A stretch of DNA of 64,000 nucleotides from Obrimoposthia wandeli (lineage: Eukaryota): contig CDROCS010000194.1 in assembly GCA_977020255.1 (NCBI GenBank), positions 372,001 to 436,000 on the forward strand, in the 5' to 3' direction. Shown piece by piece: positions 39,101 through 51,781 of the stretch. How positions within the stretch are numbered: the first letter of the stretch is position 1; each line of letters starts with the position of its first letter. Under the pieces are notes generated by a model. The model was not told the DNA's origin, made no database searches, and saw only the letters and a program-made list of their open reading frames with translations. Made by a program: the position numbers and the translations under genes.

Positions 39101-42100
39101 TATTGCCTATTATTGCATACGAATATGAATTGAATGTCTTTAATTTACTTTTGTAAATGATCATCATGTTGAAACCACTACAGAAATTGAATTATTGTAT
39201 ACAAATTAATATACAAATTAATAATCTATATGTATGAGCTCTTTCACAACCTTTACCACATTCCAACTGCAAATGGATTGATGATGAAGATTCTCTACTT
39301 TGTATATCGTTGGATTTAGACGAACTGAGCGAAGTGGATGATGAATATGGCTATCTATCGGAAGTTAATATGAATATACCAGCCAACATCCATGATAAAT
39401 TATATAATCTATTTTTAGCTCCTATCAAACAACGTCTTCCTAATAGTAAGGTTGATAAATTATTCCTCACACACGAACCTAAGAGAAATTATATTATTCA
39501 TTTACAATTCCTCAAGTGTTATGTTTCTCTAGAAGAATAAGTAATTAATATTGTCCGCACTATTAAATTCAAAAAATATATAGATTTTAATACAAAAGAG
39601 AGCTCAGAAACTAAATGTAAATTTGATATTTTTTATAAACTTTAAAATTGTAGGTTGTTTGGAAAAATCAATAGAGAATTTAAAGAAACGACATAATGTA
39701 AAAATTTGCAGTACGTAAAAAAATTAACTTATCGTCAGATGTTTAACTATAATATAAATATAGCAACTGGTAATACGGATTCATTTCCCCTCAACTGTAA
39801 AGTTAGTTGAACAGTTGTTTCTACAAATAATTTCGGACGGTCTTTTAGACAATTCAAACTTCGAAAATTTAAAGATGACAGTGAAGAAGAAATATATATA
39901 TGAATGGTTATTTTTAAGACCAAAACTCAATTGTCTTGTATTTTATGATGGTTCGGAGAAACAAAAAGTGAAGGTGATAAGAAAGTATACTAAAATACCT
40001 CATTCAGCTTATATTCCCTGTGATACACGTTAGAATTTTATGGATGGATAAATGTGGATGGATGAATGGATGAATAGATGGAGGGAGGTATGAATGTATG
40101 GATGAATGTTTGGATGTATGGATGAATGTGTGGATGTATGGAGTATGAATAAATTATTATTCATATTTGGCGTACTGGTGAAATATTAAAGGTTGATCAA
40201 CAGAACTTTCGTAATATTAATGATCAAATAATAAGAACATTGCTTTGAGTAATGGAGATGATAAGCGAAAGTGAGTAAGTATAAACGAGTCAAGGGTCAC
40301 TATTTCCTTTTATGATTTGTAATGCTTATTTTCCTCTGTGTTGAATGTAATAAATCTTAGACTTTTAATTGCATTTTTAATTAATTTCGAATTATATATG
40401 TATTATGAGTTTTTAAAAGAGAAACATGATTTAAATTATAAAAAATCAATTTATTTTTACAAGTTATAAAATAAATAAACCTATTTTTATGAGTTGCATT
40501 AAACAAATTTAAATAAAGTTTTTACGTTAAAAAAAATCATATATCCAAAAGATTGTATAAAAATATATTTGATTCTTTCTGAATATTAAACACAATCCCA
40601 TTCATATAGTCTTGGTTCAGTTCATTCACTTTGAGATTGTTCAGTTACTCCTTGTCTAGTCTACCGTAATCTCTGATGAACCATTAGTAATTAGTAATCG
40701 CAATCTCTCTATGAAACACAAATAATGTTTACATTTTAAATAATTTACCAATTCAAATTTATAAATTCATTGGTGAATTTTTCCTTAGTGAATTCCTCAC
40801 GGCTCTCCATGAAAGTCTTTTATTGTGCGGATAGAGTCAAATATTCTCCATTTAGCTTGAGTAGGAAGTCGCAAATTATGGGAGAGTTATCTTTCTCAAA
40901 ATCTATTGCTTTCTATATAGAAGAATTGTTGAATACTCTTGTATTCCTTGTTCCTGACATCTTGAGAAAATATTTAATCTATTGATTATTTCCTCTTCGA
41001 CTGATCCCTACCTTTGTTCGTGCGTCCATAGTCCATAGTCTTCATTTTCATTGGAAAGTGATTGCAGCTTTTTCGAAACTTTGAACTCATTGAAACATTG
41101 GTTGAGATTGGCTCTTCTTAACCGATTTGCCGGTCTAACGATAATATTTTCTTAATATGTCTTCATCGTCTGACATGATAATTGTTTCCATGCTAAAGAT
41201 GTGAGGTCTATATATTATTTCTCATGCCTCTTCATCCTAGCAAATGGGTTCATACATTTTTGTTACTTCTTAGTCAATTAGTTCTTCTTTACATTTATCT
41301 TCTTCTTTGTCTGAAATTATAATTGTTTCCATGGCTGAGATTTCACATGCTTTTTCATCCTGGCAAACGTTATCACATATTTGATTTGCATTTCCATTAG
41401 TTAGATCTTTACTTTCAAAAAGTTTGAAGTTCTTCTGATCTAATAATTGTTGAGCTACCGTTGGATGGTATGTATTATTTATTGTTGACTCATTAAGAAT
41501 GATTTTTAAACTATGTGGTTAAAATTTTGAACTCTTATCATTCATTGGTTATGTTTAACAGGCAGATCAACCATGATCGCTCGCGGAAATTATATTGTTT
41601 ATATATTGGACTTTCGATGACTCATTGGGGGAATCGATACATCCACATACCTACATACAGTTGGACTTGATGAAGCAATTCGTTAAGAAATTCTCGGATG
41701 TCGAATGTTTTTAAAACTGCATTTTCCTTTCTCATTTAGATTTTATTCGAGATAATGTAGATGATTTAATGAAGAGCACGATGAATGGTTTTCATCAGCA
41801 AATGGAATTTATAGAGAAACGATATTTAGGAAGATTGGATCCGGTAATTAGGACAGAATTTTAATATTTTTTTCAAACTGTTCAGAAACATGCTATAAAA
41901 GAAAAATTCACATATCGATCAATTAAAATCATTATAAAAATTGGAATTCAAATTCGTGTTTTTCTACTTATTGTATATGTTTTAATAACTTCATACATGT
42001 AATATGTTATATATATATATAATTTACAATTCGACTTTTTAATTTTTACTATAATCTAAACGTGCTAAAATGTTTTTCTTAGCATATTTTAAATTAGTAT

Positions 42101-44966
42101 ACCATTTTAATCAAGGCCTATTTAATCAACAAAATCATTAGCAGTGTAATTATTTTATGATTATAGAAGTTTACTTAATATTTTTCTAGATGCCTAATCG
42201 ATCACCAAAGTACAGAAGGTATGGAATATATATTGAATGCTTTCCCATTCGAATCTGATAAATTGAAGGCTCTTGGAATGTTGACAACGGTAAGCTTACC
42301 CCTAAATCTTGCAGAATTTCATATACATTTTAGGTACATTAAAATTTTTTTTTTTAAATTTTCATTAATTATTTTGGATGGTTTATCCAATTAAATTTAA
42401 AAATTTAACGAAAAATTAAAATGTATACAAAGTTATTTTTCTTTATTAAATTAATTTATAAATATTCAATTTTAAAAATTGCTTTTAGAGGTGTAGAATA
42501 TTCATTCTAAAACGAATTTAAAATTAATTTGCCTCAAATTGATACTGAAAGAGAAACTATATCACATAATAATGTAATTTATTGTTCGACATTATTTAGC
42601 ATTTAGCAATGTGTAGAAATAATTGTAATAAGTAACATACGATGAAATATGTATCTAACAAACTTCAAGGGTGTGTCAATTTTTGTTCATTATAAATTAG
42701 ATTAACTGTATAAGTAAAATTAAGAATTTTATTTTAGGATTTAGTGTATAATTTCCTAATTAAAAATTTAAATTATGTTGTAATAAGGATTTTCCATATA
42801 AATGTATCATGAGAATTCCAAAATATTATTTAAATAATCATATAAAATGGTTTTATTCAGAATTAATAATTTTCTTAATGGAATAAAAGTGATCACCTTT
42901 TAAAATGTAAAATAAAGTTTATCAAGAGACTAATTCTTATCTTTCATATATTTAATTCAAACCATTTAAGTATTGAGAATTTAGGAATAATCCCTTCAAT
43001 TTGGACAATTTCAATAAATAAACAAAATACTAAGTTACATAGATAAGATAAGACAATATGAAATAAATGTATTTATATCGCACTATTATCTAATAATTAC
43101 ATTTTGTAATTTTTTTCAAAATCTCACAAATTAAAATATTTTTTAGTTTTTCAGATATATGATTTTTTAAATCATTGTCCATATAGTACAGTTTCTAATT
43201 TAGATCTTTGTTGATATGGGCTGATATAAAATAATATTCAAAATAAATCAATTTCTTTTGAACTATTGGGTACTTGAATACGTTTCCACTCTTTTAAAAA
43301 TAAACAATATTAATAATAATAATAAATTAAATAAACAATATTTTCAATCAATAGCTATGACACTCCCATGGATTCCACGATAGAAGAAATCCGATTCTTT
43401 TGAAGCAATTCAGTCAACAAACCAAGTACTGATATCTTCATAAGTATTGAAGGGCATTTCTGTACATCGTTGATCGGGTTTCACCCATAATTTTATTAAC
43501 TTTGAATTATCATAACAAATACATTTTTCGTCATCAGTAACAATTCAGTGAAAATATTACTTTTTTTATATTTTATAAACAAATCATGTGTTAACCAATG
43601 TTCCTGTCTTTGAATCATTCGCCTTACTTTAAGCATGAGCTTGTGGTTGATTCATCAACATTTAATGAATATGAGAGCTCTGTCAGTGTTTGACATATAT
43701 CTTCGTAAAAATGCTTCTAATTGCTCATTTTCAAACCTTTTCGATGTACCATTTCTTTGTTTTTTCACATAAAAATCAGAGTTTCTAAATCGTTGTAACC
43801 AATACAACTTCTTTCAAATGTAGAATTGTCACACTACACATTCACGAGTAAATGATGACTTTCAACAGAACTTTTAAAATCTTAATAATAAATTTTAAAA
43901 GTTCTCTATGGGACAATCTTATAAATGGTTATCAATTTAAAATACAAACATATCACATTAACCATGATATATTTTCCTAAATGACAGATACTTATTCAAT
44001 CACTCAATATTAAAAATAATAATAAAAAAGTCACAATCCCAAGAATAGTGAATTGGCTAGGATACTTTCATTAAGATTCAGTTGAATCTAATCGATTGTA
44101 TTCTTTCTTACAGGTGAGCTCATATGTGGCGGACAAATTGCCATCAGGGGGCCACCAGCAATATGCACCAGTCGGTGGTCTCTACTCACAGAACCTGCCA
44201 CTGAGAGAGAATCTATTTGGGTCACTGGAAGACCAGATCAAGAGACTTCCAGTACATATATTGCTCTTATTTACTCACTCTCTTTTTATTTACTCTCTCT
44301 CTCACAAAATCTCATTCATGCAGTCACCTTATGTCGCTCACTCATTCAGTAACACACCTTAACACTGAACTCATTAATTCATTCTCCCTGTCACTCATTC
44401 ACTCACTTACTCCCTAACTCACTCTCAATCCCTACACGACTTTTTCACTCTCGCACATTTTCAGTCATACTCACTTTATCATGCCCTAACTCTATCACTA
44501 ACTCACTCATTCATTCTCTTTCACTCAATTATTTACTCACTTACTCTTTATCATTCATTCTCACTCTCATCCACTAACTCACTCTGTCAATCTCCAGGAC
44601 TAATTAACTCTCTTTCCCTCACATTCACTTACTCGTTCTTTCCGAATTAATTTAATCCCAACCCTTTACTTCCAGGGTGGTGGCAACCCTGCAATATCGC
44701 ACGTGGCTCGCCCCGGAAAAGTGCCATCCCTCTACACCAGCCACCCATCGTACAAGTACAATACTGACTACACCTACTTACAAGACCGTGGCTACCCAGG
44801 TGCAAGAGGATTTCCTGAGCACGATCCCCGGGCCCCAACTTATCCTAGCGGAGCTCCACCATTAGGTGGATTTAACCAGAGTCCTCCAGCACCCACTGGA
44901 TATCAGAATTTTCGTAATACGATATATGAGAGCGAGTTTGAGGCTGATCATACTCACATATTCTGA
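36160..44966 (+). CDS. DUF4476-repeat protein (similar to the PROSER1 N-terminus) with a Pro/Gly/Tyr-rich tail, 6 exons: 36160-36288, 36334-36402, 38078-38175, 42190-42289, 44114-44251, 44676-44966
   Basis: All exon lengths and phases are consistent (129, 69, 98, 100, 138, 291 nt) with GT-AG sites. Translation DESYFMDLVRNLRE...RGFFSGLQAAQILKVFKSAPEKLKAIQSL...DRLAALNVIKRCLID...ILNAFPFESDKLKAL parallels the DUF4476 pattern. Confidence 0.8.
38590..38800 (+). mobile_element. Chapaev3-like transposase N-terminal remnant
   Basis: IGDQAKAWP corresponds to the GDQDK.WAP motif of Chapaev3 transposases. Confidence 0.42.
39225..39780 (+). mobile_element. Polinton/Maverick-type (protein-primed) DNA polymerase B relic
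   Basis: SQPLPHSNCKWID...GYLSEVNMNIPANIHD..LFLAP...KLFLTHEPKRNYIIH...FYKL*NCRLFGK follows the SQPLP / GY.LEVDL.YP..LHD / KL..TL..K.NY..H / KLMNNS.FGK series. Confidence 0.75.
41690..41860 (+). mobile_element. Chapaev3-like transposase C-terminal remnant
   Basis: FLSHLDFIRDN...FHQQMEFIEKRYLGR corresponds to FLHSHLDFFPEN...ERFHQDI..ME.RYQG. Confidence 0.55.
43330..43900 (-). mobile_element. Mariner transposase remnant
   Basis: WFQRFRNSDF...RFENEQLEA..., QRQEHWLT and IVTDDEKCICYDN match the Mos1-like HTH, WVPH and IVTGDEKW regions. Confidence 0.7.
44270..44640. repeat. Degenerate (ACTC)n/(TCAC)n low-complexity tract filling intron 5 of the DUF4476 gene
   Basis: Many ACTCACTC/TCATTCAC variants; almost no G on the + strand. 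Confidence 0.8.
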
Positions 44967-46302
44967 CTCTTCCTGTGGAATTTGTAGTTGATTCACGATT
45001 ATCCGATTTCAATTACTTAGAATTCCACAAAATAAATCACTGAAATTTAACATATTTCCTAAATATGTGGAAACTGTAAATTTTTGAAATTGGATAATCA
45101 CGTATCCCATAACTTCCATGCATCTTAATCTGTACAATCATGCATTTCATATGCGTACTTTACTTGTAACAACAATAATACGTTAAATATTGTTTGAGTA
45201 CTTTGAAAATAAAAAGTAAACCAGAAATTGTCGGATATATAAATATACAGAACTTAATCGAGTCATTAACTGTAATTTCAGTTTTCTCAACGTGTCATAT
45301 TCATTCAATTTACTATACCGATTTTTTTAAACAACTTAAAATGGATACCTAGAGAAAAATTTACCAGGGTGTAAAAAATATCGAAACGTACAAAACGTAT
45401 CAGCAATCAAAAATATCAGTTTGAATTATAAACCGAAAATGTATATACTTTGCTAAATTCAAAATCATATATAGGTTAATATATAAATAAAATAATAAAA
45501 TTTAAGTAGTCATGAATATTAATTTTTTTAATTAACCCTATATGTATGATTGAGTATAAAATGTTTAGGTTCCTTATTTTTTATTAAAAAAGTCTATCTT
45601 ATTAACTTTATCATTTTTAATTTAATACATTTGTAAGTACTAGTATAAAAAAGCAATAATTCTGTATTTGATTATTGCTTACTCCTGTAGGTAATAGCTT
45701 TCATTCTTAAAATGCCGATATAGGTTAATTTTTTAAATTATGAAAAATTTAATCAGCAAATAACGTTATTTAAAGCTTTTAATTAGCAATATAAATAGTT
45801 ATGTTTTCCTTCGTAAACATAATTCAAGAGTCCAATTCTACAAACAGAGGACTTATTCATTTATATAGGACTTCTAAAAAATTATCTCGGTATGATATTT
45901 CCAGCTTCTGATTTGTATATTACATAACATATTTTTCAAACTTGCAGTGATTCACCCACTCGATTCTTCTTGGAGGGTTTATTCATTGAAACTTAATTAA
46001 TAACTGTCGTAGACTCAAAATAAATCTAATATTTTATATTGGTCTTCATACTGGTTACTATCCTTGTTTATTTTAATTGGATCTTTTTTATCAAGCACAT
46101 TTTCATTAGCTTAAATATCCTTTCTCCACTTCTTTCGTTATCTAACTCTTCAAATTATCCAGCTGCACTTTGTTGATTCTTTCTTACATCTTGAATAATA
46201 TCTTCTTTATTTTTTGTTGTTGCACTTGGTGTTTGAATTTTTCTTTTTCATCAATAAATTATTTCAAACGGCGAATGTTTTGAAAAATTATATACAGTGC
46301 AT

Positions 46303-46600
46303 TTAAAGAAAATTCAATTTGTGGCCAGCATTTTCTTGTTTTAGTAGACGCTTTTGTCGTAACATCATAGCTCTTACTGTGCGTATAAACCTTTTTGCTT
46401 GACTGTCAGCTTGATTTTGATGTGGTGCTGTAAGCTCCTGTTCCATCCCAAATTTTCGTAGCCAATTATGAAAATAATTTCTAGTAAATAGTCGTCCACT
46501 ATATGTTAAAATGTTCTTAGGTTTCCCAAATTTATATATCAAATTTGTCTCGAGTAAAATTGCTTTAGACTACGAGGAGTTTCACCTTTTTTTGGCAGTT
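46303..46600 (-). mobile_element. Gypsy-type integrase core remnant
   Basis: IYKFGKPKNILTYSGRLF...TAPHQNQADSQAKRFIRTV corresponds to FG.P..I.TD.G..F...T.Y.PQ.NG..ER..RT. Confidence 0.7.
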
Positions 46601-47214
46601 GCTGATATTGATACCAGTGTTAGGATTAGGTTTTGTTAAAATTAAATAATTAAGTTGAATTTATACTAAAATAAAAATCCTTGAGAACAAGGTTAGAATT
46701 AAATAAATTAATATCAGAATTAAAATTGTTAGTTAAAATAGGTAAATAAATATTAGAGGACCACGAAGGTCGTGTGAAATGCATTAATATATAAAGGTTA
46801 AGTTAACAAAAACAAAAGTGCACAAAAAGAGATTAATTAGAAGCAAGCGAAAAAAAAGGAAAACAATTAAAACAGAAGACATTAAATCGTCGACGTCAGC
46901 AGCCACGTCGAGTCAGCAGAAAAGTAAGCACATTTTAGTGCCAATCAATTTATTTCTCCACTAGAGACCGAAGAAACTAATCAACGGATCAACAGGTGGA
47001 AAAGAAGACCTCAGACTATATAAGTCTACTTGCTGTGTTGGAAAACACACGGAAAAGCCAGTGACACGAGAAGAATCAATTTTAGCCGAGACAAAGGGCG
47101 ACACAGGGAAAAGACAGTTACGCTCCAATCGAGAATCCGCCGAAGAAAAGTATTACTAATTTAAATTTGCTGCCTATATTGATTGATTCTAGAATCAGTC
47201 GATCAACTGATTTT

Positions 47215-47395
47215 CTATTTCCACAACTTCGCCACAGTTCAGCAAATTTCCACAACTTCGCCACAGTTCAGCAAATTACCGGCAACTTCGTTGCAGTTCA
47301 GCAAATTTCCACAACTTCGCCACAGTTCAGTAAATTTCCGCAACTTCGTCGCAGTAACTCCAAATCACCATCAACTTCGTCGCAGCACTCACTAT
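47215..47395. repeat. ~28-bp degenerate tandem repeat inside solo LTR 2
   Basis: CCACAACTTCGCCACAGTTCAGCAAATT repeated about 5 times. Confidence 0.85.
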
Positions 47396-47461
47396 TTCTT
47401 GACCGAGCATCGGACCCCATCTCGGATTTAGCACTCGGATCAAATATGTGAGACGAAACGT

Positions 47462-48068
47462 CCAGGAGTTGACAATTTGTAACCACATTATTTTTGTCTA
47501 AAATTTCAATTTAAAGAGTATTGTTTTGTCCAGGAGTTGACAATTGTAACAACATTATTTTTGCCTAAAATTTCAATTTAAAGATTATTGTTTTGTCCAG
47601 GAGTTGACAATTGTAACAACATTATTTTTGCCTAAAATTTCAATTTAAAGAGTATTGTTTTGTCCAGGAGTTGACAATTGTAACAACATTATTTTTGCCT
47701 AAAATTTCAATTTAAAGAGTATTGTTTTGCCCAGGAGTTGACAATTGTAACAACATTATTTTTGCCTAAAATTTCAATTTAAAGAGTATTGTTTTGTCCA
47801 GGAGTTGACAATTGTAACAACATTATTTTTGCCTAAAATTTCAATTTAAAGAGTATTGTTTTGTCCAGGAGTTGACAATTGTAACAACATTATTTTTGCC
47901 TAAAATTTCAATTTAAAGAGTATTGTTTTGCCCAGGAGTTGACAATTTGTAATAACCTTATTTTTCCCTAAAATTACAATTGAAATAGTATTGTTTTGTC
48001 CAGAAGTTGACAATTTGTAATAACCTTATTTTGCCTAAAATTTCAAGTTGAAGTAACATTGTTTTGTC
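47462..48068. repeat. 67-bp tandem array (~9 units) inside solo LTR 2
   Basis: CCAGGAGTTG at 47462, 47530, 47597, 47664, 47731, 47798, 47865 and 47932; CCAGAAGTTG at 48000. Confidence 0.95.
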
Positions 48069-50905
48069 TATAAATTCACCATTTGAATTAAAGCAACCAG
48101 CTCCATAAAATCTATAACTTGAGTTTAGTCGCGAGTTAGAGGAACGACTCTAAGAACTTAACCAACCTTAACATAAAATCGATACGTGGTTCATCCCCAC
48201 TTGTGTAGAGACTTACAGAAGTCTTAGGAATTTTACTGTAACTTTTTAGAAAATACGTACGTAAACGTATTGTTGTATTAGATCTATTGTGTTAACAATA
48301 AACGATTTCCTACATTAGAAAGCGTTGTTTAAACCCTTCAGATTAAGAGACATCAAAACAAACACCTTCAGATAAGCAATTGAGACAGGTAACCATAACA
48401 TTAAGTAGGCCACGACCAACTTTAAGACCTGCTTCTATAGAACTCACGTTGGGGCCCTCCACATTCAAGAGGATCTATATAAGTTTCATATAGAAACCCC
48501 AACACCAGTTTACTAAATCGATCGATTACTATCAACATATCTTTCTTTTTAGATCTTCTTTTCTTCATGTGGGCTATATCGAGAACTATTTGATCAAAAA
48601 ATATTTTGACTATGGGAATATAAATTTATTTTGTTCTGCTTGTTTAAATTTTTCTTTTGGTACAACATACGCATATTGCTTAGCATTCTTTTATTTCTTA
48701 AATCATTCCTTCCAAATAGAAATTATTAAATTAAACCTTTTGCATTCATTCCTACGTGTCAAAAACATTAGCGAATTTCATAACTAATTTCATTAGCGTT
48801 TTTCGAAGACACAATAATTAAATCTGTAAAATTTTGTTTAAATTAAATGTATCATCATAGTTAAAGTTTTTATTTTATATATTCTTTTGCATTCTTCTGA
48901 TAAATCCTTTCTTTAAAACTAGGAGAAAAACTTTAAATTTTTTATGTGAATTTATTTTTGTTGAAGAGCCTAAACTGCATTGAAAGGCTAGCTCATGAAC
49001 AAGTATGTTACGCACTGGTTAATGACGTGTCAATTCAACAGATTGTTACCATTTAATACCATTTTTCGACGTGTTTTACATCAATTTCTTCACTGAAGTC
49101 AGAATGAAATGATATATCTTCGTTAATATTTTCGTATGTACTATCCACTTATTCTTTTGAAGTTGTACCAGAACCAAATATAGCATTGACGTTTACAACA
49201 TCATACACTATGACTTTGCACTCAATATTGTCGTCGTCATTAGCAAAGCTAACTGTCACACTGTGGCTAAACGAGTGCTTTAAGAGGGCATTATCACGTC
49301 ATGAAAATGAATACTAATTTTTGTTCAGGTAATATCATCTTATAAAACCATATATGTGTTGACACGTGGGTCCTGATGCTATTAAGTTACTTTGTGTTCA
49401 CTCGTAGTTAATATATCCACACTGACTCTGTTGAAGAGTTGATTATTATTGGCAGAATAGAATCAAATACAGTAAAAATATTATTAATCAAATAAATTAA
49501 ATAGGGGGCAATGAAATGGCGATGATGGGTGGGTGGTGAGAGTAGTGATGAAGGTTTTTATAAAAGTTTATGTAAATTTATGTAAAGTTATTATTGTTTT
49601 ACCAAGGTGGTTGGTAACTAAAAAGTTAATGTGGTCGAAGTTATTAAATAAAAAATTGTGATCGATTTTATGATTGATGTGATTTGAGGTTTTATGTAAA
49701 GCAATAAAGAAGATTTTTACATGTTTATTCCCTCAAACATGAATGTTATTATGTTTTTAATAAAGAAGTTCCAATCTATGAAGTTTTATCTTTTGAATTT
49801 TATGAATTTATTGGTCCCTCCGCATCGAAACAGACACATAATAAGTATAATTAGTAACTATTAAGATAATGCGTTGTTAGGTTAATGGGATATTCCTAAT
49901 ACCCTTATGTGTGGTTTACTATAAAAAGAATCCATTTCTGCGTGTAGATAAGTCATAACTTATAACCATTAGTTATAATAGTTAGACATTATTATTGGAA
50001 ATGGAACAACGGTTGCTAATTATGCAATAACTCAATATTTCTGCAGATATATAATAATTGAGACAAATTATTGGAGATTGTTTGAGTAACAATTATTTTG
50101 TAAATGAGTTTATGAGTTTATGCGTAATTCATTTTTAAACAACAAAAAATTATATTGATTACCCGTAATGGTACCTTATTTAGCTGTTTATTATCCGACA
50201 CAACCGATGCCCAAATATTGCTACAAGTAACTAGTTTTATCTAAATGATGCGATACAATTCTAGGCTATAGTGTCGAGAATTATCTTCACCACTAGCTGA
50301 ATTAATGATTTGTAACTATATATATCTGGTGTATCTTAGTTGCATATTCAGTTTATGTATATATGAACATATGTTAATTATATAGCCGAAAGTTATTGTG
50401 TCAATTTCATGACAATCCAATACCTTTCGTTGTCTAAATGTTTCATTATGTTAATACAATTATTTAAAAAAATTTTAATTCCAACCAATATTATAGTATG
50501 GGTAGAATGTAATTTTCGTTAAAAATTATGTCATATATGTTGTATAAGTGATTGGATGTAGTATTAGTGGTAAAATTACTTTATAATTAAAGTGAAAGGT
50601 TGAAAAAGCAAAGAAATTTAGCATGAAGGTATATTTATATTTAAATTCTGACACAGATGACTTACTTTCATTTTCAATTTGGTTTTTAACGTAATTTTAA
50701 TTAATATTATATTAAATATATTACGCTAATAGATATTACACTTTTAATTATCACATATTTTTATTGATATTTTTGTATCTAGTAATTTGTTCCAAGTTTC
50801 TATCAACTATTGTTTTTAAAAAATAATATATCTCTGAGAGTGATTAAAGAGTTTGTTTATCCAAACGTATCTTTAGATACAATTTAAAATATTTTTTTAA
50901 ATTTT

Positions 50906-51781
50906 ATGAATTTTATGCGTACTGGGCCTGGTATTCAGTTTGTTGGTAGTCGTTTTGAAACTACATACAGTAGCAGCTATAGTAAGCCAGTATTAGTTCA
51001 AAAAAAACTTGCAAGCTATAAACAAAATGAAAATGACATTAACTTATATAATGTAAAACAGTTACCAGAAGTAGCGGAATCTATTTCTAAATCGGTCACC
51101 CAAAGAAATACCAATGTCAAATTAGAAGATATGAAAGCAATTGCACCAAAAGTGCCACAATTTTCAAATGAGTTCGTTACTCATGACTATAATCACATGA
51201 TTAATCAAATCGCTAAAATTACTGACTCTTTATATTTATCTGGTATAAATGCTATAACACCTGAAAAATTAAAGTCTCTTGGAATAACGCTTGTTGTTTC
51301 ACTCATTGTGGAAGTATCTCAACTACGACTTCCATCTTTTGTTCAAACAATGCAAGTTAATATTGAAGACGTTGAAAGCTCCAACTTGCGACGACATTTC
51401 GACAGAGTTATAGAGCGAATAAACGCCGAAGACAAACGAAAAGGTAAAACATTGGTACATTGCGTTGCAGGAGTATCGAGATCGACAACAATTATATTGG
51501 CTTATTTAATGCGATGTCACAATATGCGTTTGCGCGATGCTTATAATCATGTTTTAAATGAACGTCCGTACATCCAGCCGAATCTGGGTTTTTGGCGTCA
51601 GCTGATAGATTATGAGCGTTCAATATATGGTAGCACTTCCGTTAATATGGTACCTTTGGAAGGCAGTCGCATTTTGATGCCTGATGTGAAACCATCGAAG
51701 TTGGCGCAGGTGTTGGCTAACAGTCCCATGTATCGTTATCAGATGCGCCCGGCGGCACACCAAAATTACTATAAACACTGA
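50906..51781 (+). CDS. Intronless atypical dual-specificity protein phosphatase (DUSP14/18/21-like), 291 aa
   Basis: Uninterrupted ORF with ITDSLYLSG, the acid-loop D (IEDVE), the catalytic VHCVAGVSRS motif, AYLM and RPYIQPNLGFWRQLIDYE. Confidence 0.95.
   Translation: MNFMRTGPGIQFVGSRFETTYSSSYSKPVLVQKKLASYKQNENDINLYNVKQLPEVAESISKSVTQRNTNVKLEDMKAIAPKVPQFSNEFVTHDYNHMINQIAKITDSLYLSGINAITPEKLKSLGITLVVSLIVEVSQLRLPSFVQTMQVNIEDVESSNLRRHFDRVIERINAEDKRKGKTLVHCVAGVSRSTTIILAYLMRCHNMRLRDAYNHVLNERPYIQPNLGFWRQLIDYERSIYGSTSVNMVPLEGSRILMPDVKPSKLAQVLANSPMYRYQMRPAAHQNYYKH

Larger units (their letters stand above)
46618..48504 (+). mobile_element. Solo LTR 2 (1887 bp)
   Basis: TGTTAGG...CCCCAACA ends; CCAG duplication (46614-46617, 48505-48508); conserved CAGACTATATAAGTCT TATA motif and AATAAA near 48298; 5' and 3' portions homologous to solo LTR 3. 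Confidence 0.92.

Noticed and set aside
40040-40150. (GGAT)n-like tract
   Set aside because: Ordinary degenerate microsatellite.
40620-41480. Acidic, internally repeated minus-strand coding-like segment
   Set aside because: Multiple stops and no identifiable family.
47167-47486. Overlapping ORFs with repeated HSSANFHNFAT / QQISTTSPQF peptides
   Set aside because: They are by-products of the stop-poor 28-bp tandem repeat inside solo LTR 2.
47462-48068. CRISPR-like regular array
   Set aside because: The units are contiguous, with no unique spacers and no cas genes; eukaryotic LTR context.
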